NCBI GenBank assembly: GCA_013416795.1
Contig: RQSC01000032.1
Span: forward strand, 186,001 to 250,000
Source of the DNA: Prasinococcaceae sp. CCMP 1430
Taxonomy: Eukaryota > Plantae > Prasinodermophyta
DNA: 64,000 bases
Direction: 5' to 3'
Shown here piece after piece: positions 44,241 through 55,417 of the stretch. The notes under the pieces were generated by a model. The model saw only the letters and a list, made by a program, of their open reading frames with translations, made no database searches and was not told the DNA's origin. A program made the translations under genes and the position numbers. Numbering within the stretch: position 1 is the stretch's first letter; each line of letters starts with the position of its first letter.

Positions 44241-47200
44241 TCAACGGCGCGCTCCCAGCCCGAGCGGATCGGATCGCGCGTACAGCCGGACCTTGCCGCC
44301 CAGCAGCGCACCGGCATTGCCGTGCTGCGCATCGTCCTCGGCCTCGGATGGGTCCGCTGGAGCTACGACACGCCCGGGTGGCGGGAGCGTCTCCACCATC
44401 AGCGAGCGCGCGCCGACGAGAGCCCTCGGCAGCTCGAAGACGAGCCCCGTCTGCTTGCCGGGGTCAAAGATGCCCAGTGGGGCCTGCGCAGGCGGCAGCA
44501 GAAATACACCCGCATCCACCTCCCGCACCTCCACGTTGTCGGCCAACCCACCCTCACCACCCTGCCCGGCCGCGGCAACGCGCGCTGTCAGGCGCATCAC
44601 CACCTGCTCGGGCACGGCGGGCGGAACGGGCGGAATCGGACTGGCATCGCTCGGCAGATCCGTCGAGTCTAGTGGCTCCAGGGACGTGCGCGAAGTCCAT
44701 AGCGCGAGCTGTGCATCGACGCGGATAGCAGAGACCGCCACGCCCTGGGGGATGCCAAGCTCCAGCCCCGACAGGTGCTGCTGCTCCCATGCGCAGGTGA
44801 CGCGCGATAGCACGGCCTGTTGCCCACCTTCCAGCGCAGCCTGCAGCATCGACCTCTCTGCAGGCGACGGCACCAGCGAGGCCGGCGGTGCCGGCGGCTC
44901 GACCGGCAGCGGATCACCCATGACGCGCACACGCGTCGCGCTGAGCACAGCACTCTCGGGAGCGTCGCGAGGCAGCCGGATCGTGACACGCACCATCCGG
45001 CAGGCGGCAGGATGCGCCAGCGGCACCGTGTTGAGGTCCGCCGCCCACTCTCCGAGGAGCGCCGCCTTGGTGCCGATGGCGCTCTCGGCATGCAGCTGCA
45101 CCGCCGGTGCCGGGAAACTTTTATCATCCCACGTCCCCTCGACTGCGGCCACCGACGCACGGGCGCGTGTGCCGAGCACAACGTGGAAAGAGACCTCGCG
45201 CACGCCCGCGGGCGCGTGCCAGCGGCCACCCACCGATGTGAGCACGCACGAGGCGTGGGCAGAGCTCTCCGCAGTCGGCACGTTCAGCGCGAGGAAAGCG
45301 CCAGGCGCAGCGGCAAGGTCATGCGGCGTTCCTGCCGCGGCGAGTGCGGCGTCCGCAGGCAACTCGTCCGCCAAGCCCGCATACATGGCTCGCAGCTTTC
45401 GCGCAACGCCCGCGCGCGTCGCTCGGCGCGCGGCCGCCAACCGCGTGTGCATCGATGATAGGGCCTGCGCGTCACCAGAGAGCGGAAAGTCCATCCGGCG
45501 GCCCGGGCCCGCACTGCCAGCCGCCGCCACATTTGTGGTGCTGCCGCCCACTGGACCTGCCCCGGCGCGCACGGGGGTAGCGACCGACCCAGCTGAAGCG
45601 ATGCGCGGCACGCTGCTGCTCGGCGTGGTCATGGCCGCCGCGGAGCCGCGATGGGCGTCGGCGATCAGCCTTGCTCCCCTCTCCTCCCGCTTGACCGCCT
45701 TGTTGGGATCCATAGCGCTCAGCTCGATGCCGCTGGATGCTGCGATTGCATCGCGGCGGGCGCACGAAACGCCTAGGCGCAGGCGCTGCGCCTCGAGCTC
45801 CAGCCGGGCGCGAAGCGAGATTTCGCGTTCGGCGCTCTTCGCACGCGCCGCCTCCTGCTCCAAGCACGCGGCGTACTGCTCCTCTTCGTCACCACTCTCA
45901 ACGGCGGGCGGCTCGGGCTGCCGTGCCAGTGCGTCAATGGCGCCTTCCGACCCATCGGCGCCAATGGTGTCGCCGACGACCTCCACGGGGCCAAGAGTGA
46001 GGGCCGGGACGCTGCGACCCGAGCCACGAAAGCGCAGCTGGATCACGCGGGCGACGTACGCCCCATCCCACCAGCGGCCGCCGCGCTCGCCAGCCTTTGC
46101 GTCGTCCACCGATCCAAAGTCCTGGATGAAGTCGCAAAGCACCGCCCCAGGGCGCTGGGTGCGCGCAGCCGCCTCGAGCGACACCCAGAAGGGGGTGCCG
46201 CTGGGCGCGCGCGGCAAACAGACATTCATGGCCACGTCATCCAGTGCGTCGAGCGAGTCGCCCATCGCGATATCAACGAACGATGGCGTGGTGGTTTCCG
46301 ACTGACCCCTGCAGAGTGTCAATACCAGAGCGCGCACGGCCGTCGGACGCGCCAGGCCGATGGCCAGCTCTGCAATCGGCGCGTCATCTGTCGGAGGACA
46401 CACCCATACGCCGCCATAGAGACCAGTTGCGGCTGGACCGAGCAGGAGTGCCGCTGAGGGCGAACCGCCCGGGAAAACCGACGCCGGAACGCGCAGCGGC
46501 GTCGCCTCGGCGGACACGCCCGAGGATGCGCACTGGTACGGCGGCCGCAGGGAAGGCAGCATGTGCGCGTACGTGCGCCCGCCCTCCTTCGACTGGCCAA
46601 GGAATGCCTCTTGCTGCAGAAGCCTGCCCGGATCGGCGCCAAAGTTGACGATGCGACGCTGGATGGAAATGGCTGCGTTGGCGGCTTTGTTGGCCCGATG
46701 CCCGCCCCTCGGGCGCTCAGCGCTCAGTACGTGCATCGACCGGCTGTGCGATGCCTTGGTGCCAGTGTAGACCGAAGCGTGCACGTCGCCCTGGCTCACG
46801 TGAATCTCAGCGAGCGCAGACAGGAGCTGGCTCGACACGAGATCCTTGAAACGGCGCGTCCCGGCGCTGACCTCATCGCGCGCCACATCCACTACCTCCT
46901 CGTACACGTCCCACAGGCCCGCTAGGTCGTCCTTATCCTCCCCCTCATTCGCGCCCTCATCGTTTTGATCTCGCTGCAGCGCGGCCGCCTCGGGGTGCGT
47001 CCACGTGGTCGTCTTCGTGTTGTGGTCGATGTAAAATGGCTTGCCGTCGTGCATGCGCATCTCCCACCCTGGCGGCAGGCCATTCCTCGCTGGGCCTTTG
47101 GGCGGGCTGATGTCCACGCCCAGCGCCTTGCACATGGCCACGAGGGTCTGAAGACCCGCGTAGAAGCCGCCGAGGTTGGTCCGGTCCAGAGAGTCGGCGC

Positions 47201-48501
47201 AGTTGAAGCGCAGGACGCCCTCTTGCACATGGTCCAGCGTGACCCGCGCTTTCTGGCCTTGCTCATTGGGCAGCTCAATAGTCCCCATGGAGAAGCCCGA
47301 CAGGGCGATGTGCGGCTGCAGCCGCTCCCACATCCCTTCGACTGCACCGTCCTCTCCCATCTGTTTGACAGTGCCGTGCCAGTCGAAGTTGACAACATCG
47401 ATGGCGCGGCTGGCCTCGCCGTTTGCGCTGCTCCCGGCACTCATCGCGGTCCTTGCCTCGCGCACCGCCTGCTGGAAGAACTCTGTCAGCTGCACCTCTG
47501 CCTTGCCCTCTGCACAGCGCAGCATGTTTATGCACGTGAAAGACGTGCGCGTGGGCCCGTCGCTGCCCACGGCGGTGCCGACTCCCGGGACCGAGGCGGC
47601 CACCAGCTTCTCGTAGCGCGCGAAGATATGCTCGAAGTACACAGGCGCCCCCCGCGTGGGGTTGGCCCGCACGTAAATCTCAGCGTCGCCAACGACCTTC
47701 TCCATGCGCTGCTCCCACCAAATGGGCACGGAGCCGCGCCTCCAGATGTGGCTGGCCCATCTCACGGCCTTGGGCATGTCCGGCTGCCGGTTGTCCTTGG
47801 CCACCCACAGAACGTGCTCGCACTCCACCTCGTTACCCGGCATGAAGCGCGCATTGAGGCCGCGCGCGAGGAACCGCGGCCCTGGGTGCAGCCAGCTGCG
47901 CCGCGCGATGAGCAGCAGGTTCCAGCGGCGCTGGCTCATGCCGTCGGCGAACGAGCGCGACTCGGCGAAGCCCTGGACGAGCACGGGGCACATCCCGCCC
48001 ACCCCCGCGGCGGCGAAAGGCTCTGCAAGCATGCCGTTGTGCACGAACTCGCCGTCCGCTCCCGGGAACGCAGAGCACTCGATGCCCGCGGCATCGGCGC
48101 CCGTCTTCTCCGTGGCGGCCTGCAGCGCCAGCGGACGCGTCAGGTCCGAGCCTCCCGCGGCGAAGATGTGCACGTCCGACACCTGGTACTCGAGCATCGC
48201 CTGGAGCGACTTGGACTCGGCCTTCGCCATGGGCTGATCCGGCCAGCGCAGCGCGAGCTTCTTCCACTGTGTTTCCGTGGGCACCATAACCGCCTCCCCC
48301 CAGGGCAGGGTCGCGCACTCTCGCGCCTTGGTCGCGAGCAGCACGTACGCGTTGCCCCCCACGGCGGCGTACCCGAGCAGCGCGACGCCGCGGGTGGCGG
48401 AGCGCACAGCGCTGCCGCCGCTGGCCACGCCCGACGAGCTGCGCCCGATGGCGGCCGCGGCGGCTGCCACCGCCTCCCTCTCCCCTGCGTATCCCGCCTC
48501 C
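44241..48501 (-). CDS. SAC9: SAC9-type phosphoinositide phosphatase (SAC domain plus WW domain); 5' end lost at N 48502
   Basis: RRSWLHPGPRFLARGLN, WRRGSVPIWW, catalytic RFNCADSLDRTN, WW domain LPPGWEMRMHDGKPFYIDHNTKTTTWTHP. Confidence 0.9.
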
Positions 48502-49231
48502 NGGCGCGCGCGCCCCCTGTGGCGCGCTATTCTTTGGCGCGCTATTCTTTGGCGCCACGCCACGCGCGCACCGGCGCCCGGCGCCCGGCACCGCCGGCAG
48601 CGGCATCATCGGCATCACATCGCGCATCATCGCCATCGTCGCGCGGGAGGGGACGCCGCGGCCGAGCGCCGCGCGGAAACCGCACCCGCCCCAAAACGAA
48701 TGAGAAGGGGATTCCGAAGAGCCCCCTTCAACGCACTCGGCTCCAACCAAGTGGAGACCGCATCGCACCCGCATGCATCGACATCGCCCCGCCGACCGAT
48801 GGATCGGATTCCTTCGATCGAAACAGGGGAGGGGGATTCGGCGGATCGCCGCGGCGGTCTCCGTTTTTTCTCCCCCTCTGGCTGGCAGAGCCTCTGCTCT
48901 CGCGGAGGTGGACGAGTACTGCTGGTAGGAGTGCACGGTACCTTACCACTTAGGTCACATTTGTACTATACCACCAAATTACCCCACGGGAGAGTATACC
49001 GCATTTTCATTCAATCGGAGGGCCTCTCTCTAGCGAGCTTTCCTTTTCCTTTTCCTTTTTCGGTTCCGGCGCGGGCGCTCGCGCGTCGATCGCCGCCGGC
49101 GTGCTCCCCCCCTTTTTTTTTTGGGGGGGGGGTAAGGCGCGTGCGCGCGCGGGTATCAAACGGCCTTGGATGAAACGGCGTTTTCCTTTTTTCGCTTTCG
49201 CGGCGGCGCGCGTGCGGTGCTATGCCGGCTG

Positions 49232-49483
49232 ATGCGCGCCGCGGTGCGCCACAGCGCGCGCGCCGCGCCGCGCNGCGCGCTGCGGTGGGTTGCGGGCGCA
49301 GCGGGCGCGGCGGCGGTCGCGTACGGCGTCTCGCACGCGTACGAGGCGCACTGGGAGGCGGAGCGCGCGCGCCTCGTCGAGGAGACGAGCGATGCGCAGA
49401 AGCGCGCCGAGGAGCACCTCGCGCGGCACTTTGACAGCGTGCAGCTCATCGCAGACAACACGACGCTGGCCCGCGCGGTGTGA
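49232..49483 (+). CDS. Possible small single-TM protein immediately upstream of PIE1 (contains an N at 49274)
   Basis: Arg/Ala leader, hydrophobic WVAGAAGAAAVAYGVS and a charged helical tail. The stop is only 14 nt before the PIE1 ATG; no family recognised. Confidence 0.35.
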   Translation: MRAAVRHSARAAPRXALRWVAGAAGAAAVAYGVSHAYEAHWEAERARLVEETSDAQKRAEEHLARHFDSVQLIADNTTLARAV

Positions 49484-49497
49484 CAGCCGCGGTGGAA

Positions 49498-52400
49498 ATG
49501 GCGTCGCAGGGCACGGCCGATGCCGAGGCGCACGCGGGCGCGTCGCCCGTGCCGACGCCTGAGGCGCTCGAGGCCATGCGCCGGCGCCGGCTGGAGCGCG
49601 AGGCGTGGTTCGCGCGCCAGGAGGCCGATGATGTCGTCCTGGAGGCCGCCAAGGCGGCACAGAGCGCGGCGTCCGAGGCCGCGGCGGCGTTCCGCATGCC
49701 AAAGGCACGCGAGCCCAAGCGCAACGTCACGCACTGGGACATGGTGCTCAAGGAGATGGCCTGGCTCCAGAAGGAGCTGTCGAAGGAGAGCAAGGCGCGG
49801 CAGGCAGGCGCCCGCCGCTGCGCGATGGAAATCCAGAAGAAGAACCTTGGCCTGGGCGGCCGCGAGGCGCGCCGCAAGGCCGAGCTCGAGAAGCAGCGCC
49901 GCGCGACCGCGTCACAGATTGCCAAAGGGATCAAGACGTTCTGGAAGAAGGTGGAAAAAGTCGTCATGTACCGCGCGCAGCAGTCAGCCGCAACCAAGCG
50001 CAAGGCGGCGCTCGACGAGCACCTCGATTTCCTCGTGGGACAGACGGAAAAGTACACCAGCCACATCAAGTCGACGCTCAAGATTCGCGACGGCACGGGC
50101 GGTGTCGCTGCGGAGGCCCTGCCCAGCAGGGCTACGACGCCTGCCACGTCGATCCGCGCGTTCAGTGAGCACGACGACCGCGAGTACGACGCCGGCACCG
50201 ACGCTGAAAACGAGGTGGACGACGAGGCGACGCTCGAGGAGGAGGAGCGCATGGCGGCCGAGGCGGGTGAGGACGATCCGGAGGCCGAGCTTGATGACCT
50301 CGCAAACGAAGCCGACATTCCCATTGAGGAGCTGCTCAAAAAGTACTACGGCGCTGGCGCTGCGCCTGGCGGCGATGCTGGTGCGCCCGCCGAGGCGGCC
50401 AACGAGGGGGAAGGCGGAGGCAGCGATGCAGGCGGAGCGGCAGGTGGCAGCAGCGGGGGGAGAGCCGGCACGCAGGGACCTGCCGCTGCGGCAATTCAGG
50501 AAGCCGCTGACGAGGACGAAGCCATGGAAGACGCGGAGCAGGCCGTGCTGGTGAGCGGGGCCGAAACAGCGCCCGACGACGTCGGCGACGAGTACGCGGC
50601 CTCGGGCGATGAGGAGCCCGACGACGAGGCCACCTTGGAGGAGGAGGAGCGCCTGGCGGCCGAGGCGGGCGAGGACGACCCGGAGGCGGAGCTGGACGAT
50701 CTGGCGAATGACGCGGACATGCCCATCGAGGAGCTTCTCAAGAAGTACTACGGCGGCGGCGGCCCTCCCGCGGGCGGGGATGCGGGCCCGAGCGATGGAG
50801 CTGACACGAGCGCTCGTGCTGGCGAGGCCGGCCCGAGCGCAAACGGAGCTGGCCCGAGCGTCTCAGCTCCCCAAGCAGAGCAGGCCGTGCTGGTGAGCGG
50901 GGCGGAAACAGCGCCCGACGACGTCGGCGACGAGTACGCGGCCTCGGGCGATGAGGAGCCCGACGACGAGGCCACCTTGGAGGAGGAGGAGCGCCTGGCG
51001 GCCGAGGCGGGCGAGGACGACCCGGAGGCGGAGCTGGACGATCTGGCGAATGACGCGGACATGCCCATCGAGGAGCTTCTCAAGAAGTACTATGGCGCGG
51101 GTGCCGGTGCCGGTGCCGGAAGCGGCTCAGGCGGTGCCGGGGCGAGCGGCAGCGCTGGCGGCGCGAAATGTCACGCCGAGGACGAGGACATGGAGGACGC
51201 TGAGGACGAGCAGAACGACACCGAGGATGACCTTGAGCTCGCTGCTCTGTATGGAGAGGCCGAGGATGGCAAAGAGCAGTATGCCAAGGCGATGCAGGTC
51301 GCTGGAGAGGCGAGGGAAGCCCAGCCAGGCGGCGGCGGCGAGGCTGACACGATCAACCTCACCAAAGTGCCATTCTTGCTGAAAGCGACGCTCCGAAGCT
51401 ATCAGCATGTTGGCATGGACTGGCTGGCGACCGTGTATCGAAAAAATCTTAACTGCATACTCGCCGACGAGATGGGGCTCGGGAAGACTATCATGACCAT
51501 ATCTCTGCTCGCTTGGCTCGCCGTCGAACGGGGCATCTGGGGACCTCATCTCGTCGTTGTGCCTACCTCGGTGATGATCAACTGGGAGACGGAGTTCCGT
51601 CGGTTCTGCCCTGCCTTTAAGCTACTGACGTACTTCGGCACGCAGAAAGAGCGCAAGGAGAAGCGCAAGGGTTGGTCAAAGCCCAATTCCTTCCACGTAT
51701 GCATCACGACGTACACGCTGGTGATTCAGGACGCCGCCGCCTTCAAGCGCAAAAAGTGGCGTTATCTCATCCTGGACGAGGCGCACATGATCAAGAACTG
51801 GCGCTCGCAGCGCTGGCAGACCCTGCTCAACTTCAATGCGGCGCGGAGGCTACTGCTCACGGGCACGCCGCTGCAGAACGACCTCATGGAGCTGTGGTCT
51901 CTCATGCACTTCCTCATGCCCCACGTCTTCCGTTCGCACGCCGAATTTCGGCAGTGGTTTTCCGCGCCGATCCAGACCACCGTGGAGGGGGGTGCCGACG
52001 CGGCTGCCCAGCAGGCGGCCGCCAACAAGAAGATCGTCGGGCGCTTGCACGCAATTCTGCGGCCATTCTTGCTCCGCCGTCTCAAGTGTGATGTCGAGAA
52101 GAACCTTCCACCCAAGATTGAGCACGTGATTAATTGCCGCCTCTCGAAGCGCCAGCGGCTGCTGTACGAGGACTTCATTTCGAGGGCAGACGTCAAGTCA
52201 ACACTGTCGGGTGGCAACTTTCTTGGTGTGCTCAACATTCTGATGCAGCTTCGCAAAGTGTGCAACCACCCGGATCTCTTCGAAGGCCGCGCTATCGTCA
52301 GTGCCTTCGACATGCCAGCACTGCAGCTGCATCTGCCGTCGTTGATCGCGGAGGCGACGCCCAAGCTGGCCGCGATCGGCGCCCTTGGCTTCTCGCCACT

Positions 52401-55284
52401 AGCGCGCCGTCTCGACGACCACCCGCCACCCTCGTGGGCACGCATTGCGGCCGTGTCGACAGAAGAGGCGCTGGCGCTAGCGGCTGTGACCCCGCTACAA
52501 GGGGAGGCGGCGCGAGCCGCCGCCCGCGCGGAGGCTGCGGGAAAGCTCGCCGTGCCTGTCGACGAGCCCCCGACAAGCATGGCCTGCGTGGCGCTACGAG
52601 GAGCGCAGGCTCGGCAGGCCGCTCGGGACAGGCGCTGGCGTGCGGAGCGCGCGTCGTCCTTGGCGAGGCTGAGCCAGCAGCGCTGCATGCTCTCAGAGTG
52701 CCATCCGTACGGGAGCGACTTGCTTGCTGCGTGCTCCGTCCCTTCGCAGGTCGCGCTGGCGCTCGGCGCCGTGCGCCAGCCGCGCCACTATTGGGCCGGC
52801 ACTGCCGCGCTGGGTGCTGTCGCAGCCGGCGCGGACCCGGCCGAGCGCGCTGTCACCTGCAGCGAGATCGTCGAGACCTTCACATTTGCGATACCCAAGG
52901 CGCGAGCGCCATCTCCGCAATCTTACTGCTCGCACTCGCTGGCGCACCGGCAGCTGTCCATGGACCGCGTAGAGATCTCGGCGGCGGCCGCCACAGCGGC
53001 CGCGCCCGAGCTGCTCGCGCCCTTCCATGCGGCGGCCATGCGCCAGCAGCTCTTCTTTCCCGACCGCCGGCTGATCCAGTTCGACTGTGGCAAGCTGCAG
53101 GAGCTCGCCGAGCTGCTGCGCAAGCTCAAGCGCGGTGGTCATCGCGCGATCATTTTCACCCAGATGAGCAAAATGCTCGACGTGCTCGAGGCATTCATCA
53201 ACCTACACGGCCACACGTATCTGCGCCTGGACGGCACTACGAAACCTGAGCAGCGCCAGATCCTGATGACCAAGTACAACACCAACCCCAAGATCTTCCT
53301 CTTCATCAGCTCTACCCGCAGTGGCGGTGTGGGGGTCAACCTGACAGGCGCAGACACTGTCATCTTCTACGACTCCGATTGGAACCCCGCGATGGATGCC
53401 CAGGCGCAGGATCGCTGCCACCGCATCGGGCAGACGCGCACAGTGCACATTTACCGCCTGATCACCGAGAAAACCATCGAGGAAAACATCAAGAAGAAGT
53501 CGGACCAGAAGAGGCTTCTCGACTCGCTGGTGATTCAGCAGGGCGAGTTCAACACGGACACACTGCGCGCGGACGGCGAGGGCGTTGGGGACGAGGGCGG
53601 GATGGGCGCAGGGGCTATGGACCCTCGCGAGCTTCTGGCCGGAGTTATGCCCGGAATGCAGGTTGGCGGGCGCGGCGCGCGCGCATCTCGGCGAGAGATG
53701 GAGGCTGCCATGGCTGAGGTTGACGACGATGCGGACGCTGCAGCGCGCGCAGCGGCTGAGAAGGAGGAACGCGCAGAGCAGGCGGAGTTCGCTGACGTGG
53801 ATGCTATCCCCGACGGAGACGCTGGCGGCAGTGACAAGGAGGGGACCACTCCGCGTGCGACGCCGACGCCGGCGCCCGCGGGCGACCAAGGCGCCACTGC
53901 GGCCAAAAGCGACGACGAGATGGTGGCTGAAATTCAGCGGCGGGCGGCGGGCGGCTCGGACGGCGGAGCCGCCAAAGGCGATCTCTTGGCATCGCTCTCG
54001 GCCATCGAGCGTCGCTGTGTGAGCTACTTCGAGAAGGACGAACCGCTGATCAGGCCCGACTGGGAAGAGAAGGCGCTAGAGGCGGTCAACTTCGGCCGGG
54101 CCGATTGGGAGATGGACAAGCTCGAGCTTGCGAAGCAGGAGGAGTTGCTCGACGTCGAAGAAGACCCCGAGGCTGCGGTGGCCAATTTCGAGGGCGGCGA
54201 GCACGACGTGCAACGTGACATTGCGGGGTACGAGCGCGCGGCGACCTTGGTCAAGGCTCAAGTCGACGAAGAGGAGGGCATGCTCACGGAACTCCGCTTC
54301 AATTATGAGCGTGTGCGTTCGATAGCTTTCGCTAATGCGGACGCGCATCTGGCGGCGATCAAAAGCGGCTACGCGCCTCCGCCGCCGGCGGCAGAGACGC
54401 GCGCGGCGTGGGCGGCCCTGCGCGAGGTGCAGGAGCGCTGGCGGATGATCAAGAAGCTCGGCATGCTCGTGAAACTGCCCGAGGAGATGCTGAAGGAACC
54501 GTCAGAGGTTGCGCAGGAGGTATTCTCGTCGGTCCGGGCAAAGGCGCTGAAGGAGATGCAGGAGGGCGACGCTCGTGCCATCGCTGAGGCCGCCGCCAGG
54601 GCCGCGAGGGCGTCTTTGGAGGGCGGGGCCGGCCCCGCCGGCGGTGCCATCGCCGCAAAGGCTGCCATGGCTGCCGGTGCTGCGAATGCCAAACCAAGGT
54701 CAGAAATGGGCCAAACGACCGCCCCGGCAGTCAAGAACCAAAGGATCAAATTCCGACACAAGCAGACCGTCGTGTCTGTTCAGGGGTCAAACGACGCCTC
54801 CAACGGCGCCGCCTTCGCTGACTCGCCGGCGGCGGGCGTAGCGCCGCCGCCGGGGAGCGCAATGGCGGCGACCCCCGTGGCAATGCCAGCAAGAAAGCGC
54901 AAGCCGGTGGCCGGCGCTGCGGGGAGCGCCAAGAGAAGCAAGGCTCTGACGGTGAAGGCCGAGCCTGCTGCCGACGGCATCCCGCGCGCAGACACTGCCC
55001 CCCTTGGTCCCGGGGAGTTGAGCGTGGATCTCGTTCCGCGCGCTCGTGTGGCCGAGCCGGTGAAGCCCGCCCGCAAGCGCAAACCGAGGGAGCCGAAGGC
55101 CCGCAAGCCAGCACCGGAGGTCAAGATTGAGTCGCAGTCAATCGCACACCCGAGCGGTGTTGCGGCTCAAACGGCGCCCGCAACCCAAGCGCCTCCCTTG
55201 CCAGTGTTGCAGGCGGGGGCGCGAGCACCTGGGCAGGCAGGTGAACGGACGATGACACAGCAGCAGCAGCGGCCGTTGCAGTAG
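49498..55284 (+). CDS. PIE1: SWR1/PIE1/SRCAP SNF2-family chromatin remodeler (H2A.Z deposition)
   Basis: HSA domain (EPKRNVTHWDMVLKEMAWL), LRSYQHVGMDWL, ILADEMGLGKT, DEAH box, split ATPase with QFDCGKLQ, and DSDWNPAMDAQAQDRCHRIGQ. Confidence 0.96.
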   Translation: MASQGTADAEAHAGASPVPTPEALEAMRRRRLEREAWFARQEADDVVLEAAKAAQSAASEAAAAFRMPKAREPKRNVTHWDMVLKEMAWLQKELSKESKARQAGARRCAMEIQKKNLGLGGREARRKAELEKQRRATASQIAKGIKTFWKKVEKVVMYRAQQSAATKRKAALDEHLDFLVGQTEKYTSHIKSTLKIRDGTGGVAAEALPSRATTPATSIRAFSEHDDREYDAGTDAENEVDDEATLEEEERMAAEAGEDDPEAELDDLANEADIPIEELLKKYYGAGAAPGGDAGAPAEAANEGEGGGSDAGGAAGGSSGGRAGTQGPAAAAIQEAADEDEAMEDAEQAVLVSGAETAPDDVGDEYAASGDEEPDDEATLEEEERLAAEAGEDDPEAELDDLANDADMPIEELLKKYYGGGGPPAGGDAGPSDGADTSARAGEAGPSANGAGPSVSAPQAEQAVLVSGAETAPDDVGDEYAASGDEEPDDEATLEEEERLAAEAGEDDPEAELDDLANDADMPIEELLKKYYGAGAGAGAGSGSGGAGASGSAGGAKCHAEDEDMEDAEDEQNDTEDDLELAALYGEAEDGKEQYAKAMQVAGEAREAQPGGGGEADTINLTKVPFLLKATLRSYQHVGMDWLATVYRKNLNCILADEMGLGKTIMTISLLAWLAVERGIWGPHLVVVPTSVMINWETEFRRFCPAFKLLTYFGTQKERKEKRKGWSKPNSFHVCITTYTLVIQDAAAFKRKKWRYLILDEAHMIKNWRSQRWQTLLNFNAARRLLLTGTPLQNDLMELWSLMHFLMPHVFRSHAEFRQWFSAPIQTTVEGGADAAAQQAAANKKIVGRLHAILRPFLLRRLKCDVEKNLPPKIEHVINCRLSKRQRLLYEDFISRADVKSTLSGGNFLGVLNILMQLRKVCNHPDLFEGRAIVSAFDMPALQLHLPSLIAEATPKLAAIGALGFSPLARRLDDHPPPSWARIAAVSTEEALALAAVTPLQGEAARAAARAEAAGKLAVPVDEPPTSMACVALRGAQARQAARDRRWRAERASSLARLSQQRCMLSECHPYGSDLLAACSVPSQVALALGAVRQPRHYWAGTAALGAVAAGADPAERAVTCSEIVETFTFAIPKARAPSPQSYCSHSLAHRQLSMDRVEISAAAATAAAPELLAPFHAAAMRQQLFFPDRRLIQFDCGKLQELAELLRKLKRGGHRAIIFTQMSKMLDVLEAFINLHGHTYLRLDGTTKPEQRQILMTKYNTNPKIFLFISSTRSGGVGVNLTGADTVIFYDSDWNPAMDAQAQDRCHRIGQTRTVHIYRLITEKTIEENIKKKSDQKRLLDSLVIQQGEFNTDTLRADGEGVGDEGGMGAGAMDPRELLAGVMPGMQVGGRGARASRREMEAAMAEVDDDADAAARAAAEKEERAEQAEFADVDAIPDGDAGGSDKEGTTPRATPTPAPAGDQGATAAKSDDEMVAEIQRRAAGGSDGGAAKGDLLASLSAIERRCVSYFEKDEPLIRPDWEEKALEAVNFGRADWEMDKLELAKQEELLDVEEDPEAAVANFEGGEHDVQRDIAGYERAATLVKAQVDEEEGMLTELRFNYERVRSIAFANADAHLAAIKSGYAPPPPAAETRAAWAALREVQERWRMIKKLGMLVKLPEEMLKEPSEVAQEVFSSVRAKALKEMQEGDARAIAEAAARAARASLEGGAGPAGGAIAAKAAMAAGAANAKPRSEMGQTTAPAVKNQRIKFRHKQTVVSVQGSNDASNGAAFADSPAAGVAPPPGSAMAATPVAMPARKRKPVAGAAGSAKRSKALTVKAEPAADGIPRADTAPLGPGELSVDLVPRARVAEPVKPARKRKPREPKARKPAPEVKIESQSIAHPSGVAAQTAPATQAPPLPVLQAGARAPGQAGERTMTQQQQRPLQ
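50536..51096 (+). repeat. Two near-identical 219-bp in-frame direct repeats (50536-50754 and 50878-51096) inside PIE1, plus a diverged third copy near 50212-50352
   Basis: The period is 342 bp. By eye only two synonymous differences (GCC/GCG, TAC/TAT). Confidence 0.93.
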
Positions 55285-55417
55285 CAGCGGCATTAACGCG
55301 CTATTGAGCGCGCAGGCCAAGATAATCGCTCCTCGTGAGATGCCCCGCGTGTTGCGTGTGTTAAGTACATTAATTGTGGCGTCATTCGGGGGGTTAGAAG
55401 ATGGTATTGGTGGAGGA

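Noticed and set aside
48560-49170. Short ORFs read as the missing SAC9 N-terminus
   Set aside because: None resembles the SAC9 N-terminal region. The single N at 48502 probably hides the missing exon(s).
50536-51096. Direct repeats read as a CRISPR array or LTRs
   Set aside because: They are long, in frame and translate to a protein motif inside PIE1. There is no repeat-spacer periodicity and no cas or retroelement genes.
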